Positions 7,768-18,047 of a stretch of DNA of 64,000 bases are shown here, one piece after another. Under the pieces are notes generated by a model. That model made no database searches and had not been told where the DNA came from. It was given only the letters and a program-made list of their open reading frames with translations. Position 1 is the stretch's first letter. Each line of letters opens with the position of its first letter. The position numbers and the translations under genes are program-made. Origin of the DNA: Nitrospirae bacterium MYbin3 (GTDB taxonomy: Bacteria > Nitrospirota > Thermodesulfovibrionia > Thermodesulfovibrionales > Dissulfurispiraceae); NCBI GenBank assembly GCA_002753335.1, contig PEAD01000006.1, forward strand, positions 1-64,000. Direction: 5' to 3'.

Positions 7768-10305
7768 ATGATAATAAATGCTTTAAAGAATTTTTTTTGC
7801 TCGAACAAGGAAAGGTCTGAAACAGAGATTTGTTCTCTTCGCAGATCATTTCAAGACCATTACAAAAGCTTCAGGTCTCTCCTGACCGCCAATAATATTG
7901 CGCTTGAGCTTATGGCAGAGATGGATGAAACATTGCGTGAGGGGCAGCCCTTCAGTATGGCCTTTGTCCGGGGCCACTGCACCGCTCTAACAGTTAATAT
8001 TTATAAAATGATACAGCATCTTCATGAGCTTTCGAACGGCAAATATGCAGGTCTTGCCCGTGTTTTTGATACTGTTTCAGAGAAGATTGAAGGGATAATA
8101 GCCCGGCAGCCTAAAATTGCTAAGGGTGAGTTCGTGCTTTCGATGGCTGAGGTTGATATCTATTCAACTGATCAGGCTGGGGGGAAAATGGCCAACCTGG
8201 GGGAAATACGAAACAGAGTTGGCCTTAATGTCCCGGATGGGTTTGTTATCACCGCTGCAGCCACGAAATATTTTATGGATTCAAACAATCTTCAGGATGA
8301 GATAAACCGCCGACTGAAACTTATGGATGATGGTGACCTAGAAGACCTTTACACAACAAGCGCTTCAATTCAACAGTTGATTGCGAATGCCCATCTGCCT
8401 GAGGATCTGGAACAGCTTATCAATAAGCAATATGAAGATCTGGCCCTGAGAAGCAACAGCAGAGTGCTTGTCTCTATGCGGTCGAGCGCTTTGGGTGAAG
8501 ACAGCAGTAGTATCTCATTTGCCGGACAATACAGGACTCAGCTTAATGTCACGGATGATATGCTTGGAATTACATACAAAGAGATTGTGGCCAGCAAGTA
8601 CAAAAGCCAAGCGATTGTTTATCGCATGCAGCGGGGCTTCCGGCACCAAGATGTGGTTATGTGCGTTGGCTGTCTGTCTATGGTTGATGGTGTTGTAAGC
8701 GGAGTCATGTATTCCCGATCTCCACGTGACCCCAGAAGCGAATGGGTCATTATCAATGCCGCTCCAGGCCTTGCCGGTCAGGTAGTTGATGGCAGGGCTA
8801 TGACAGATTTTTTTAGAGTATCTCGTAAAAGTCCGTTTAAAGTTATTTCCAGAGAAATCAGGACGCATGCATCATCCACAATGTCAGACAGTCAGGCCGC
8901 TGAACTGGCAGATATAGCGGTCAGGCTTGAAGAGCATTTCGGCGCACCTCAAGATATCGAATGGTCCATAAATGACAAAGGTAAAATTATCATCCTGCAA
9001 AGCCGACCGCTTGCCCATACAGCGGCTGTTGAGGAACAACCTAATAATGACGAAACTGCAGAGTCATTTCTTGCGGGAGGTGTAACGGCCAGCACCGGAG
9101 TTGCCAGCGGCATAGTACATATCGTCCGTTCAAACATAGATCTATTGCAGTTCCCTGAAGGTGCGGTCCTTGTTGTAGCTCATCCTTTGCCTGAATGGGC
9201 CACCATCCTTAACCGGGCTGTTGCTGTAGTCAGTGAAACCGGGCATGTCACGGCACATCTGGCAACCGTTTCACGTGAATTCGGCATACCCGCTATCTTT
9301 GGAATTGCTCATGCCACCGAAAAACTTAAGAATGGGGAAACAATTACGGTTGACGCATTAGGCCGCAGGATTTATGAAGGCCAGAGGGATGACTTGCTGA
9401 AAAACGCAGCCCCGCCTTCCAATTTAATGGCCGGCAGTCCGGTTTATAAATTGCTTGAAGAGGTGCTCAGGCTTATAACACCGCTGAATCTGACCAATCC
9501 GGCATCACCGTATTTCAGACCCTCTTCATGTGAGACCTTTCATGATATTACGCGTTTCTGTCATGAAAAGGCAGTGACCGAGATGTTCTCATTCAGTTCA
9601 AGATATGGTTTTGACGAAAAGGGGGCAAAACAGCTGGTCGGAGATATTCCGCTGCAGTGGTGGGTTATCAATCTGGATGACGGTTTCAGGGAAGGTCTGG
9701 ACCTGAAGGATAAATGGATCCGCATTGACGACATCGTTTCTCTGCCAATGCTCGCTATATGGGAGGGAATGACAGCGGTAGAATGGAAAGGACCTCCGCC
9801 GGTTAACTTTAAGGGGTTCGGATCGGTTCTTTTCCAATCGACCATGAACCCGAGTCTTGATCCTGCTGTGCGCTCTTCCATGTCATCAAAGAGCTATTTT
9901 CTGATCTCCAGAAATTTCTGCAATCTGAGCGTGCGTCTCGGCTATCACTTTTCACTGGCCGAGGCACACCTGAGCGACCTACTCACCGAAAACTATGTGA
10001 GCTTCAAGTTTAATGGTGGAGCTGCTGATGAAAGCCGCAGATTCATACGTGTGAACCTTATCAGGGAGGTGTTGGAACAGTACGACTTCCGTGTTGAACA
10101 GAAGGCCGATGCGCTTACCGCACGCATCGAAAAAAAATCTGCACCATTTCTTATTGAAAGACTGAAAGTCCTGGGATACCTGCTTATACACACGAGACAG
10201 ATCGATATGGTGATGGGGGAACAGGGAATGGTCGATAGTTACCGCAAGAGCCTTATGGCTGATCTCGAAAAAATTGTAAATCCCGCAAAGGAGAATGTGA
10301 CATGA
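7768..10305 (+). CDS. PEP synthase/PPDK-like protein (ATP-grasp plus phospho-His swivel domain, atypical C-terminus)
   Basis: GGKMANLGE, VPDGF, RSSALGED, FAGQY, PQDIEW, LQSRPL, and swivel motif TAHLATVSREFGIPA. Confidence 0.85.
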   Translation: MIINALKNFFCSNKERSETEICSLRRSFQDHYKSFRSLLTANNIALELMAEMDETLREGQPFSMAFVRGHCTALTVNIYKMIQHLHELSNGKYAGLARVFDTVSEKIEGIIARQPKIAKGEFVLSMAEVDIYSTDQAGGKMANLGEIRNRVGLNVPDGFVITAAATKYFMDSNNLQDEINRRLKLMDDGDLEDLYTTSASIQQLIANAHLPEDLEQLINKQYEDLALRSNSRVLVSMRSSALGEDSSSISFAGQYRTQLNVTDDMLGITYKEIVASKYKSQAIVYRMQRGFRHQDVVMCVGCLSMVDGVVSGVMYSRSPRDPRSEWVIINAAPGLAGQVVDGRAMTDFFRVSRKSPFKVISREIRTHASSTMSDSQAAELADIAVRLEEHFGAPQDIEWSINDKGKIIILQSRPLAHTAAVEEQPNNDETAESFLAGGVTASTGVASGIVHIVRSNIDLLQFPEGAVLVVAHPLPEWATILNRAVAVVSETGHVTAHLATVSREFGIPAIFGIAHATEKLKNGETITVDALGRRIYEGQRDDLLKNAAPPSNLMAGSPVYKLLEEVLRLITPLNLTNPASPYFRPSSCETFHDITRFCHEKAVTEMFSFSSRYGFDEKGAKQLVGDIPLQWWVINLDDGFREGLDLKDKWIRIDDIVSLPMLAIWEGMTAVEWKGPPPVNFKGFGSVLFQSTMNPSLDPAVRSSMSSKSYFLISRNFCNLSVRLGYHFSLAEAHLSDLLTENYVSFKFNGGAADESRRFIRVNLIREVLEQYDFRVEQKADALTARIEKKSAPFLIERLKVLGYLLIHTRQIDMVMGEQGMVDSYRKSLMADLEKIVNPAKENVT

Positions 10306-10682
10306 GTGATAAGTTAAATATACTGCTTGTTGACGATGAAAAAGATTTTCTGGAAATAACGACTAAACGCCTGACACGCCGGGGTTACAATATCAGGAGT
10401 GCGACAACCTGTGCGGAGGCTATTGAAATTATAGAGAGCGATTGGCCGCAGGTGATAGTCTTGGATGTAATGCTGCCTGACAGAGACGGGATAGAATGTC
10501 TGAAAGATATTAAAAAGAAAAGACCTTCTGCGATTGTTATATTGCTTACAGGCCATGCCTCAATGCAGGCGGGCCGGCAAAGCATGGAGTGCGGCGCCAA
10601 TGATTACTGCCTGAAGCCGATAGAGCTTGATGATTTAATCGAGAAGATAAAAATAGCCCACAGAGGGAGTCTATCAAGTTAA
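10302..10682 (+). CDS. Response regulator (receiver only)
   Basis: LLVDDEKD, VLDVMLP, LTGH, YCLKP; ATGA-type 4-bp overlap with the upstream gene. Confidence 0.92.
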   Translation: MSDKLNILLVDDEKDFLEITTKRLTRRGYNIRSATTCAEAIEIIESDWPQVIVLDVMLPDRDGIECLKDIKKKRPSAIVILLTGHASMQAGRQSMECGANDYCLKPIELDDLIEKIKIAHRGSLSS

Positions 10683-10694
10683 GGCACCTGGACT

Positions 10695-12380
10695 CTATCC
10701 CCTCGTCAGATGCCGATACTTAATCCTGTGCGGCTGGTCTGCATCAGCGCCAAGCCTTGCCTTTCTGTCAGCTTCGTATTCTGAATAGTTGCCGTCAAAC
10801 CAGACCACCTTGCTGTCGCCCTCGAAAGCTAAGATATGGGTTGCTATTCTGTCGAGAAACCACCTGTCATGGCTTATGACAACGGCGCATCCGGCAAAGT
10901 TTTCCAACGCCTCTTCAAGCGCACGCATGGTGTTTACATCAAGGTCGTTTGTGGGTTCGTCAAGCAGAAGCACGTTCGCGCCCTCCTTGAGCATGCGTGC
11001 AAGATTAACACGGTTTCTTTCTCCTCCCGAAAGCATCGAAACCTTCTTCTGCTGGTCAGAGCCGGAGAAGTTGAAGCGAGCCACATAGGTGCGCGAGTTA
11101 ACCTGCTTTTTGCCGAGCTGAATCATATCCTCCTCTCCGGATATAACCTCCCAGATCGTTTTTTCAGGATCGAGGGCATCGCGGTTCTGATCAACATAGG
11201 CAAGCTTAACCGTATCGCCGGTCTTGAAGGTTCCAGAATCAGGCCTCTCCTGTGCAGTTATCATTTTAAAAAGGGTTGTCTTGCCTGCACCGTTCGGTCC
11301 TATTATTCCCACAATACCGCCGGGCGGCAGAGAGAATGTTACATTTTCGATAAGAATATTGTCGCCGTAAGCCTTGCTAACATTGGCTGCTTCGACAACA
11401 ACATCACCGAGGCGCGGCCCAGGCGGGATATAAATCTCGAGCTCTTTAGCGCTCTTTTCAACATCCTGATTCAAAAGCGCTTCATATGAACTGATACGGG
11501 CTTTTGCCTTGGCATGACGGCCTTTTGGAGACATCCTTATCCACTCGAGTTCTCTCTGAAGTGTCTTTTGGCGATCACTCTCGCTCTTCTCTTCCTGTTC
11601 CAGACGACTCTTTTTCTGATCAAGCCATGACGAATAGTTGCCCTTCCATGGAATGCCCTCTCCCCTGTCAAGTTCAAGTATCCAGCCCGCAACATTGTCC
11701 AGAAAATATCTGTCATGGGTTACCGCTATAATCGTTCCTGCATAGTTTTTCAGATGGTGCTCCAACCATGCGACGGTTTCGGCATCAAGATGGTTGGTCG
11801 GCTCATCGAGAAGCAGTATGTCAGGCTTTTGCAAAAGCAGCCTGCATAAAGCTACACGCCGCTTTTCACCGCCCGACAATACTTTGACCGGCGTATCACC
11901 CGCAGGACAGCGCAAAGCGTCCATAGCCATTTCGAGCTTTGAGTCAATATCCCAGGCATCAAGGGCATCAAGCTTCTCCTGCACCTTGCCCTGCCTCTCG
12001 ATGAGCTTGTTCATATCATCGTCCGACATAGACTCGCCGAATTTCTCGTTTATTTCGTTGTATTCCTTTACTGCGTTCATTACCTCCTGAACGCCCTCTT
12101 CAACAATCTGTCTCACTGTTTTGGCTTCATCAAGCTTGGGCTCCTGCTCTAAAAAACCTACCGTGTATCCGGGAGAGAGCGCAATCTCTCCATTGAACTC
12201 CTTGTCCACCCCTGCCAAGATTCTAAGCAGCGAGCTTTTGCCCGAGCCGTTAAGTCCGATAACACCTATCTTCGCACCGTAAAAATATGATAGATATATT
12301 TTTTTCAATACCGGCTTTTTTTCGTAAAATTTGCTGACCCCTATCATCGAATAGATAACTTTGTTCGGTTCATTTGCCAT
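10695..12380 (-). CDS. ettA: Energy-dependent translational throttle protein (ABC-F)
   Basis: Two ABC domains: GAKIGVIGLNGSGKS, LSGGEKRRVALC, LSGGERNR; C-terminal 'PHRIKY'. Confidence 0.95.
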   Translation of the reverse strand: MANEPNKVIYSMIGVSKFYEKKPVLKKIYLSYFYGAKIGVIGLNGSGKSSLLRILAGVDKEFNGEIALSPGYTVGFLEQEPKLDEAKTVRQIVEEGVQEVMNAVKEYNEINEKFGESMSDDDMNKLIERQGKVQEKLDALDAWDIDSKLEMAMDALRCPAGDTPVKVLSGGEKRRVALCRLLLQKPDILLLDEPTNHLDAETVAWLEHHLKNYAGTIIAVTHDRYFLDNVAGWILELDRGEGIPWKGNYSSWLDQKKSRLEQEEKSESDRQKTLQRELEWIRMSPKGRHAKAKARISSYEALLNQDVEKSAKELEIYIPPGPRLGDVVVEAANVSKAYGDNILIENVTFSLPPGGIVGIIGPNGAGKTTLFKMITAQERPDSGTFKTGDTVKLAYVDQNRDALDPEKTIWEVISGEEDMIQLGKKQVNSRTYVARFNFSGSDQQKKVSMLSGGERNRVNLARMLKEGANVLLLDEPTNDLDVNTMRALEEALENFAGCAVVISHDRWFLDRIATHILAFEGDSKVVWFDGNYSEYEADRKARLGADADQPHRIKYRHLTRG

Positions 12381-12480
12381 AAAAATTTATTCCTTTCGTT
12401 TCTTTGATTAGCGTATATTATACAATAGATGGGGGCGGCGTACGTTTTTATAATAAGGCGCTTCTCTAAAAAAACAGAAA

Positions 12481-12978
12481 ATGAAAAGTTCGGTCAATAA
12501 AGCAAGCTCCTCGTTGTATATAACACCAGAGGGCCAAAAGACTATGCGCGAAGAGCTGTCATATTTATGGAAAGTGAAGCGGCCGCAGGTAACTCAAGCG
12601 GTTGCTGAAGCTGCTGCCATGGGCGACCGCTCCGAAAATGCTGAGTACATATACGGCAAGAAACAGTTAAGACAGATTGACGCCCGTGTCCGTTTTCTTA
12701 GAAAGAGATTGAGCGAACTGGTTATTGTGGACAGAACTCCTGATGACACTTCAAAGATATTCTTCGGCGCATGGGTTGAGCTTGAAGATAGCGAGGGCAA
12801 TGCCTATAGATACCGCATTGTCGGGCCGGATGAGTTTAATACGGATAAGGGGTTCATAAGCATTGATTCTCCTATGGCCAAGGCATTGCTGCGCAAAACA
12901 GAAGGTGATGAGGTTGTAGTCAACAGGCCCAATGGCACCACAACATTTGTGATAACCTCAATAAGGTATAATATTTAA
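12481..12978 (+). CDS. greB: Transcription elongation factor GreB
   Basis: YITPEG..ELSYLW..RPQVT..AAAMGDRSENAEYIYGKK, ISIDSPMAKALL. Confidence 0.93.
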   Translation: MKSSVNKASSSLYITPEGQKTMREELSYLWKVKRPQVTQAVAEAAAMGDRSENAEYIYGKKQLRQIDARVRFLRKRLSELVIVDRTPDDTSKIFFGAWVELEDSEGNAYRYRIVGPDEFNTDKGFISIDSPMAKALLRKTEGDEVVVNRPNGTTTFVITSIRYNI

Positions 12979-14225
12979 TGCTGTTCGACGACCTGAAAAT
13001 TCCGGAGCCGATTCTCAAAGGTATTAAAGCTGCGGAGTTCTTATATTGCACACCGGTGCAGGCCGCCACCCTGCCGGATGCATTGAGCGGCAAAGATATA
13101 GCTGCTCAGGCGCAGACAGGCACCGGCAAGACCGCCGCTTTCTTAGTTTCGATTTTCTCGCGCATGCTCACCCAAGAACCGCCTAAACCGAGATCTTCAC
13201 CACGGGCGCTTATAATCGCACCGACACGCGAGCTTGTGGCCCAGATACATTCTGAAGCCCTTATATTGAGCCAGTTCACAGATTTTAAAATAGTGCCGGT
13301 ATTCGGAGGCATGGACTACAACAAGCAGCGCAATGCCCTTCAAAGCGGTGCTGATATGGTAATCGGAACTCCGGGCCGCCTTATTGATTATCTAAAACAG
13401 GCAGTCTATAACCTTAAGAAAACCGAATTCCTTGTCATTGATGAGGCTGACCGCATGTTCGATATGGGTTTCATAAAAGACCTGCGCTTTCTTTTGCGCA
13501 GAATGCCGCCATATAACAAACGCCAGTCGATGCTATTTTCGGCCACTCTGCCTTACCGTGTAATGGAGCTTTGCTACGAACATATGAACCTTCCAGAAAA
13601 AATCTCGGTAACGCCCGAACAGATTACGGTAAGAAAAATTGAACAGGTGCTTTACCATGTCGGGAATTCAGAAAAACAGGGGCTGCTGCTGGGCATACTC
13701 CGTCGTGAACAGGACGGACGAATACTTATCTTTGTAAACATGAAGGTTACAGCCGATAAACTGGAGCGGTTGCTAAAAGCAAACAACATAAAAGCAGCCG
13801 TCATAACCGGCGACATTTCACAAAAGGAGCGCATAGATATTCTTGCACGTTTCAAAGCAGGAGAACTCCCGGTGCTCGTGGCTTCTGATGTAGCCAGCCG
13901 TGGTTTACACATAGATGGGGTTACCCATGTGATCAACTATGATCTGCCTCAAGACAGCGAAGATTATGTTCATCGCATCGGAAGAACCGCTAGGGCTGGC
14001 GCAGAAGGCAAAGCCATTAGCTTTGCGTGTGAGGATTATGTCTATTCTCTCGACGATATAGAGAAGTATATAAAAGAGAAAATTCCGGTTGTTCCTGTTG
14101 AAGACCATCTCATCGTAAAAGACTACAAACATCCTGCATCTAAACCGTACAGAAAAAAATCTTTCACTACAGCCTCAAAGCCTTCCCAGAAACCAGGTTC
14201 TGGGAAAAGACCTAAACGCAAATAA
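12978..14225 (+). CDS. rhlB: DEAD-box RNA helicase (RhlB-like)
   Basis: AQTGTGKT, PTREL, DEAD (DEADRMFDMGF), SAT, HRIGRTAR; TAATG overlap with greB. The symbol is less certain than the family. Confidence 0.8.
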   Translation: MLFDDLKIPEPILKGIKAAEFLYCTPVQAATLPDALSGKDIAAQAQTGTGKTAAFLVSIFSRMLTQEPPKPRSSPRALIIAPTRELVAQIHSEALILSQFTDFKIVPVFGGMDYNKQRNALQSGADMVIGTPGRLIDYLKQAVYNLKKTEFLVIDEADRMFDMGFIKDLRFLLRRMPPYNKRQSMLFSATLPYRVMELCYEHMNLPEKISVTPEQITVRKIEQVLYHVGNSEKQGLLLGILRREQDGRILIFVNMKVTADKLERLLKANNIKAAVITGDISQKERIDILARFKAGELPVLVASDVASRGLHIDGVTHVINYDLPQDSEDYVHRIGRTARAGAEGKAISFACEDYVYSLDDIEKYIKEKIPVVPVEDHLIVKDYKHPASKPYRKKSFTTASKPSQKPGSGKRPKRK

Positions 14226-14235
14226 AACAAGAACT

Positions 14236-14715
14236 CTATCTTCTGCTTCTTACAACTGCGTGGAAAATCAGGAAATAGCCCGCAACAGCCGATATGATGC
14301 TGACAAGCGTTGTGCCAAAAAAGAACGGCCAGAGCAGATGCTGCATCTCCGTAAAAAAAGATGAAAAGGTAAGCTTGTTCCAGTCTATATCAGGAAGCAC
14401 CTGATCTATGCCTAAAAGCCTCGCGCCAAGCCACGTGGTGAATGTGTAAATAGGCACAATAGTCCACGGATTTGTCACATAAACTCCGACCATAGTCACG
14501 AATTTATTGAACCTGAATGCATATGCGGCCGCAATGCCCATGATGGTATGCAAGCCTACAAGTGGTGACATGCCTAAGAATACGCCTACAGCAAACGCTA
14601 GGGCAATTCTCTGCGGAGATTCTTTAATCCTTACTACTTCCCTTAACTTGTCCCTAAGCCCCAAAGTGTTGATAACCCTCAGCCTTAAGCTCTGTTTCTC
14701 TACCTGATGTATCAA
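14236..14715 (-). CDS. DUF2062-family membrane protein
   Basis: 'SPQRIALAFAVGVFLG..P..G.HT' and 'NPWTIVPIY'. True start is probably downstream of 14715, since it overlaps thiL by 62 bp as drawn. Confidence 0.8.
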   Translation of the reverse strand: MIHQVEKQSLRLRVINTLGLRDKLREVVRIKESPQRIALAFAVGVFLGMSPLVGLHTIMGIAAAYAFRFNKFVTMVGVYVTNPWTIVPIYTFTTWLGARLLGIDQVLPDIDWNKLTFSSFFTEMQHLLWPFFFGTTLVSIISAVAGYFLIFHAVVRSRR

Positions 14716-15637
14716 CTACAATTCGTGCTTCTTCGGTAATCTCTCCTATGCAGGTGGCAGAGATTGCCGCCATATCAGCATTTGCTGGCGCTGTGAACAA
14801 AAGCTCATAGTCCTCGCCGCCTGTTGTGGCAATGCGCAAAGCATCAAGTTTCAGGAATCCGCATGCTTTTTTCAGGTCTTCAGAAAGAGGCAGTTTGTCG
14901 AGATATATTTTAGCCCCTTTCCCGCTTTCATCACATATCCTTGAAAGGTCTATAAATAGGCCGTCGCTTATGTCGATCATAGCATTGGCTACAGGAGCGA
15001 TCTTTGAGGCCTCACGAGCAAGCGGCATAAGATGGCGGCAGATCAAGGGTTGGGCAGAAGAAAGATCGCGCGAAGCTCGAACTGCTTCTTTATCTTCAGG
15101 CATCATTCTCTTCAATAGCTCCAAGCCGCAGGCCGAATCCCCAAGGGTTCCGGTAACATAGATTCTGTCCCCAACCAATGCGCCTTTGCGCGTCACCGCT
15201 TTTTCTGTTGTGCCGATAACAGTTGCAGAAAGCAGCATGTCGTTTAGCGCTCCGGTAAGGTCTCCGCCGAGCAGAGATATGCCATAAACCTTCATGGCAC
15301 AGGCGATGCCTTCGTACAGTTCATCGAAGAATTTGGTAGTGTCTGTATCATTCATAGATATGTTCAGAAAAAGATATTTCGGAGTTCCGGCCATAGCAAA
15401 AATATCGCTGACATTAACAGACACAAGCTTGAATCCGAGCTGAAAAGCTGAAGTAAAACTGAGGTCAAAATGAACACCCTCGTTCATCATATCGGTTGTT
15501 ACGAGCAGTTGCTGTTTTTGCGGAGCTATAACAGCGGCATCGTCTCCAATGCCGACAATGACGCTGCTCTCCGATGAACGGAAGCTATCTTTTAGCTTTT
15601 TTAGAAGGGTTAGCTCGCCTGCTTGATTTAGCCGCAT
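14654..15637 (-). CDS. thiL: Thiamine-monophosphate kinase
   Basis: GIGDDAA, EGVHF, VNVSDIFAM, GGD, IDISDGL, GGEDYELLFT, GYQHF. Confidence 0.95.
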   Translation of the reverse strand: MRLNQAGELTLLKKLKDSFRSSESSVIVGIGDDAAVIAPQKQQLLVTTDMMNEGVHFDLSFTSAFQLGFKLVSVNVSDIFAMAGTPKYLFLNISMNDTDTTKFFDELYEGIACAMKVYGISLLGGDLTGALNDMLLSATVIGTTEKAVTRKGALVGDRIYVTGTLGDSACGLELLKRMMPEDKEAVRASRDLSSAQPLICRHLMPLAREASKIAPVANAMIDISDGLFIDLSRICDESGKGAKIYLDKLPLSEDLKKACGFLKLDALRIATTGGEDYELLFTAPANADMAAISATCIGEITEEARIVVDTSGRETELKAEGYQHFGA

Positions 15638-18029
15638 TCCTGCCCTTTATCTTCTTTGAAGAGGATTTGTCTTTTATGACTACCTTTTCCGAAAGCGTGT
15701 TTTTCAGAACATCGTCCATAGTATCGGCAAGGATGAATTTCATTCCCTCTTTCACATATCCCGGCAGATCATCAAGGTCTTTTTTATTGCGTCTCGGAAT
15801 GACGAGCGTTTTTATTCCCATTCTTTTTCCGGCCAGTGTTTTTTCTTTCAGCCCCCCGATAGCCAAGACCCTGCCGCGCAAAGTCACTTCTCCGGTCATC
15901 GCCACATCTCTCCTGACCGACCTGCCTGTCAACGCGGATGCTATTGCGGTAGCCATAGTTATTCCTGCCGAAGGCCCGTCTTTCGGTATTGCACCGGCAG
16001 GAACATGGATATGCATGTCAATCGTCGAAAACAAATCTTCGGCAATGCCAAGCTCCTTGCCCTTTGAGCGCACATAGCTCAAAGCCGCCTGCGCCGACTC
16101 CTTCATAACTTCACCGAGCTGTCCGGTAAGAGTAAGGCTGCCCTTGCCCTTCATAGTTGTGGCCTCAACATAAATGACATCGCCGCCGGCCTCGGTCCAT
16201 GCAAGTCCGGTAGATACGCCGACCTCGTTTTTCTTCATCTCCTCTTCCGGAAGAAACTTCTGTACGCCTAAGTATTTCGGAAGATTTTCATTAGTAATAA
16301 TAAATTTCTTGGCCTTGTTTTCTGCCACCTGCTTGGCGATCTTGCGGCATAGGTTTGCTATCTCTCGCTCCAGATTCCTGACACCGGCTTCGCGGGTATA
16401 ATGCGAGATGATCATCTTCACCGCAGAATCCTTTATCTCCAGAATCTTCTTTGTTATGCCGTGCTCTTCAAGCTGTTTGGGCTGAAGATACTTTTTTGAT
16501 ATCTCCAATTTTTCCTCTTCGGTGTAGCCCGACAGATAAAGTATCTCCATCCTGTCTTTAAGCGGTCCCGGAATTGTGTCGGTAAGGTTTCCGGTCGTTA
16601 TAAACATTACATTCGACAGGTCAAAAGGCACCGCAAGGTAGTGGTCCATGAAAGTGTTGTTCTGTTCTGGGTCGAGAACTTCAAGCAAAGCGGACGACGG
16701 GTCACCCCTGAAGTCGCTTCCCAGCTTGTCTATCTCGTCGAGCATGAAAACAGGGTTGTTGGTTCCTGCGTTTTTTATGCCCTGAATTATCCTGCCGGGC
16801 AGCGAACCCACATAAGTCCTGCGGTGCCCCCGTATCTCGGCTTCGTCCCTGACCCCGCCGAGCGACATTCTGACAAATTCGCGTCCTAACGAACGCGCTA
16901 TTGAGCGTCCTAGCGAGGTCTTGCCGACCCCGGGAGGGCCCACAAAACAGAGGATTGGGCCTTTCATCTTTTCCTTGAGTTTTCTTACGCTCAGGTATTC
17001 GAGTATTCTTTCTTTTACTTTTTCTAAATCGTAGTGGTCTTCGTTCAAAACCTTCTCTGCCGTCTTTATGTCGAGCTGGTCTTTGGTTGATTTAGTCCAT
17101 GGCAGCTCTGTGAGCCATTCAAGATAGGTCCTGATAGTGCCTGATTCGGCACTGTCCGGATGCATCTTCTCAAGACGGCGCACCTGTTTTGCCGCCTCTT
17201 TAGCCACCCTCTCGGGCATCTTCGAGTCTTCTATCTTTTTCTTAAACTCTCTTGCCTCTTCGCCCCTCTCATCTATGTCGCCAAGCTCACGCTGTATGGC
17301 CTTAAGCTGTTCTCTCAGGAAATATTCGCGCTGTGTTTTGTCCATTTCGCCGCGCGCTTCGGTCTGTATCTTCTGTTGTATAGAAAGGAGCTGTATCTCT
17401 CTGGTCAGCACTTCGCTTATTTTTTTCAGTCTTGCTATCGGGTCCGCCATCTCGAGGATTTCCTGAGACTGGTCGGTCTTCATGCCCAAGTTTGATGCTA
17501 TCAAATCCGCAAGCCTGCCGGGGTCTTCGATATTCTCGATCACCACCATCACATCAGGCAGTATGGTTTTGCCGAGCGTTACAGCCTTTTCCATCTGCTC
17601 CTTGACATTTCTTATGATAGCCTCGTTTTCGAGGGTTGATTCGGCCGCCTTGTCCTCTCCCACCCTTTCTATCTGCGCCATATAAAACTGATCGTCCTGT
17701 ATTATTTTTTTTGCTCGGGCCTTTGTAAGCCCCTGTACAAGTATCTTTACCCTGCCGTCCGGCAGCTTGAGCATGCGCATTATCATGCACACTGTGCCCA
17801 TAGAATAGAGATCCTGAGGCTGAGGCGACTCGACGCTCAATTCCTTCTGTGTGAGCAAAAGCACCATACGGTTGGAGTTAAGTGAATGGTCTATAGCCTT
17901 TATGGACATATCCCGGCCCACAAAAAGCGGCAGTATCATAAACGGAAATACCACTATATCCCTTACCGGTAGCACCGGCATAACATCCGGAATCTCAAGC
18001 TCTCTATCTTCTTTAGCGGATTCTGCCAT
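15585..18029 (-). CDS. lon: ATP-dependent protease Lon
   Basis: Lon N-domain, GPPGVGKTS, LDEIDK, catalytic PKDGPSAG and IGGLKEK. Confidence 0.97.
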   Translation of the reverse strand: MAESAKEDRELEIPDVMPVLPVRDIVVFPFMILPLFVGRDMSIKAIDHSLNSNRMVLLLTQKELSVESPQPQDLYSMGTVCMIMRMLKLPDGRVKILVQGLTKARAKKIIQDDQFYMAQIERVGEDKAAESTLENEAIIRNVKEQMEKAVTLGKTILPDVMVVIENIEDPGRLADLIASNLGMKTDQSQEILEMADPIARLKKISEVLTREIQLLSIQQKIQTEARGEMDKTQREYFLREQLKAIQRELGDIDERGEEAREFKKKIEDSKMPERVAKEAAKQVRRLEKMHPDSAESGTIRTYLEWLTELPWTKSTKDQLDIKTAEKVLNEDHYDLEKVKERILEYLSVRKLKEKMKGPILCFVGPPGVGKTSLGRSIARSLGREFVRMSLGGVRDEAEIRGHRRTYVGSLPGRIIQGIKNAGTNNPVFMLDEIDKLGSDFRGDPSSALLEVLDPEQNNTFMDHYLAVPFDLSNVMFITTGNLTDTIPGPLKDRMEILYLSGYTEEEKLEISKKYLQPKQLEEHGITKKILEIKDSAVKMIISHYTREAGVRNLEREIANLCRKIAKQVAENKAKKFIITNENLPKYLGVQKFLPEEEMKKNEVGVSTGLAWTEAGGDVIYVEATTMKGKGSLTLTGQLGEVMKESAQAALSYVRSKGKELGIAEDLFSTIDMHIHVPAGAIPKDGPSAGITMATAIASALTGRSVRRDVAMTGEVTLRGRVLAIGGLKEKTLAGKRMGIKTLVIPRRNKKDLDDLPGYVKEGMKFILADTMDDVLKNTLSEKVVIKDKSSSKKIKGRNAAKSSRRANPSKKAKR

Positions 18030-18047
18030 TAAAAATTCTCCTTAAGA

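Noticed and set aside
15585..15637. 53-bp lon/thiL overlap as a frameshift or recoding signal
   Set aside because: Both proteins are complete; the overlap only encodes a low-complexity basic Lon tail.
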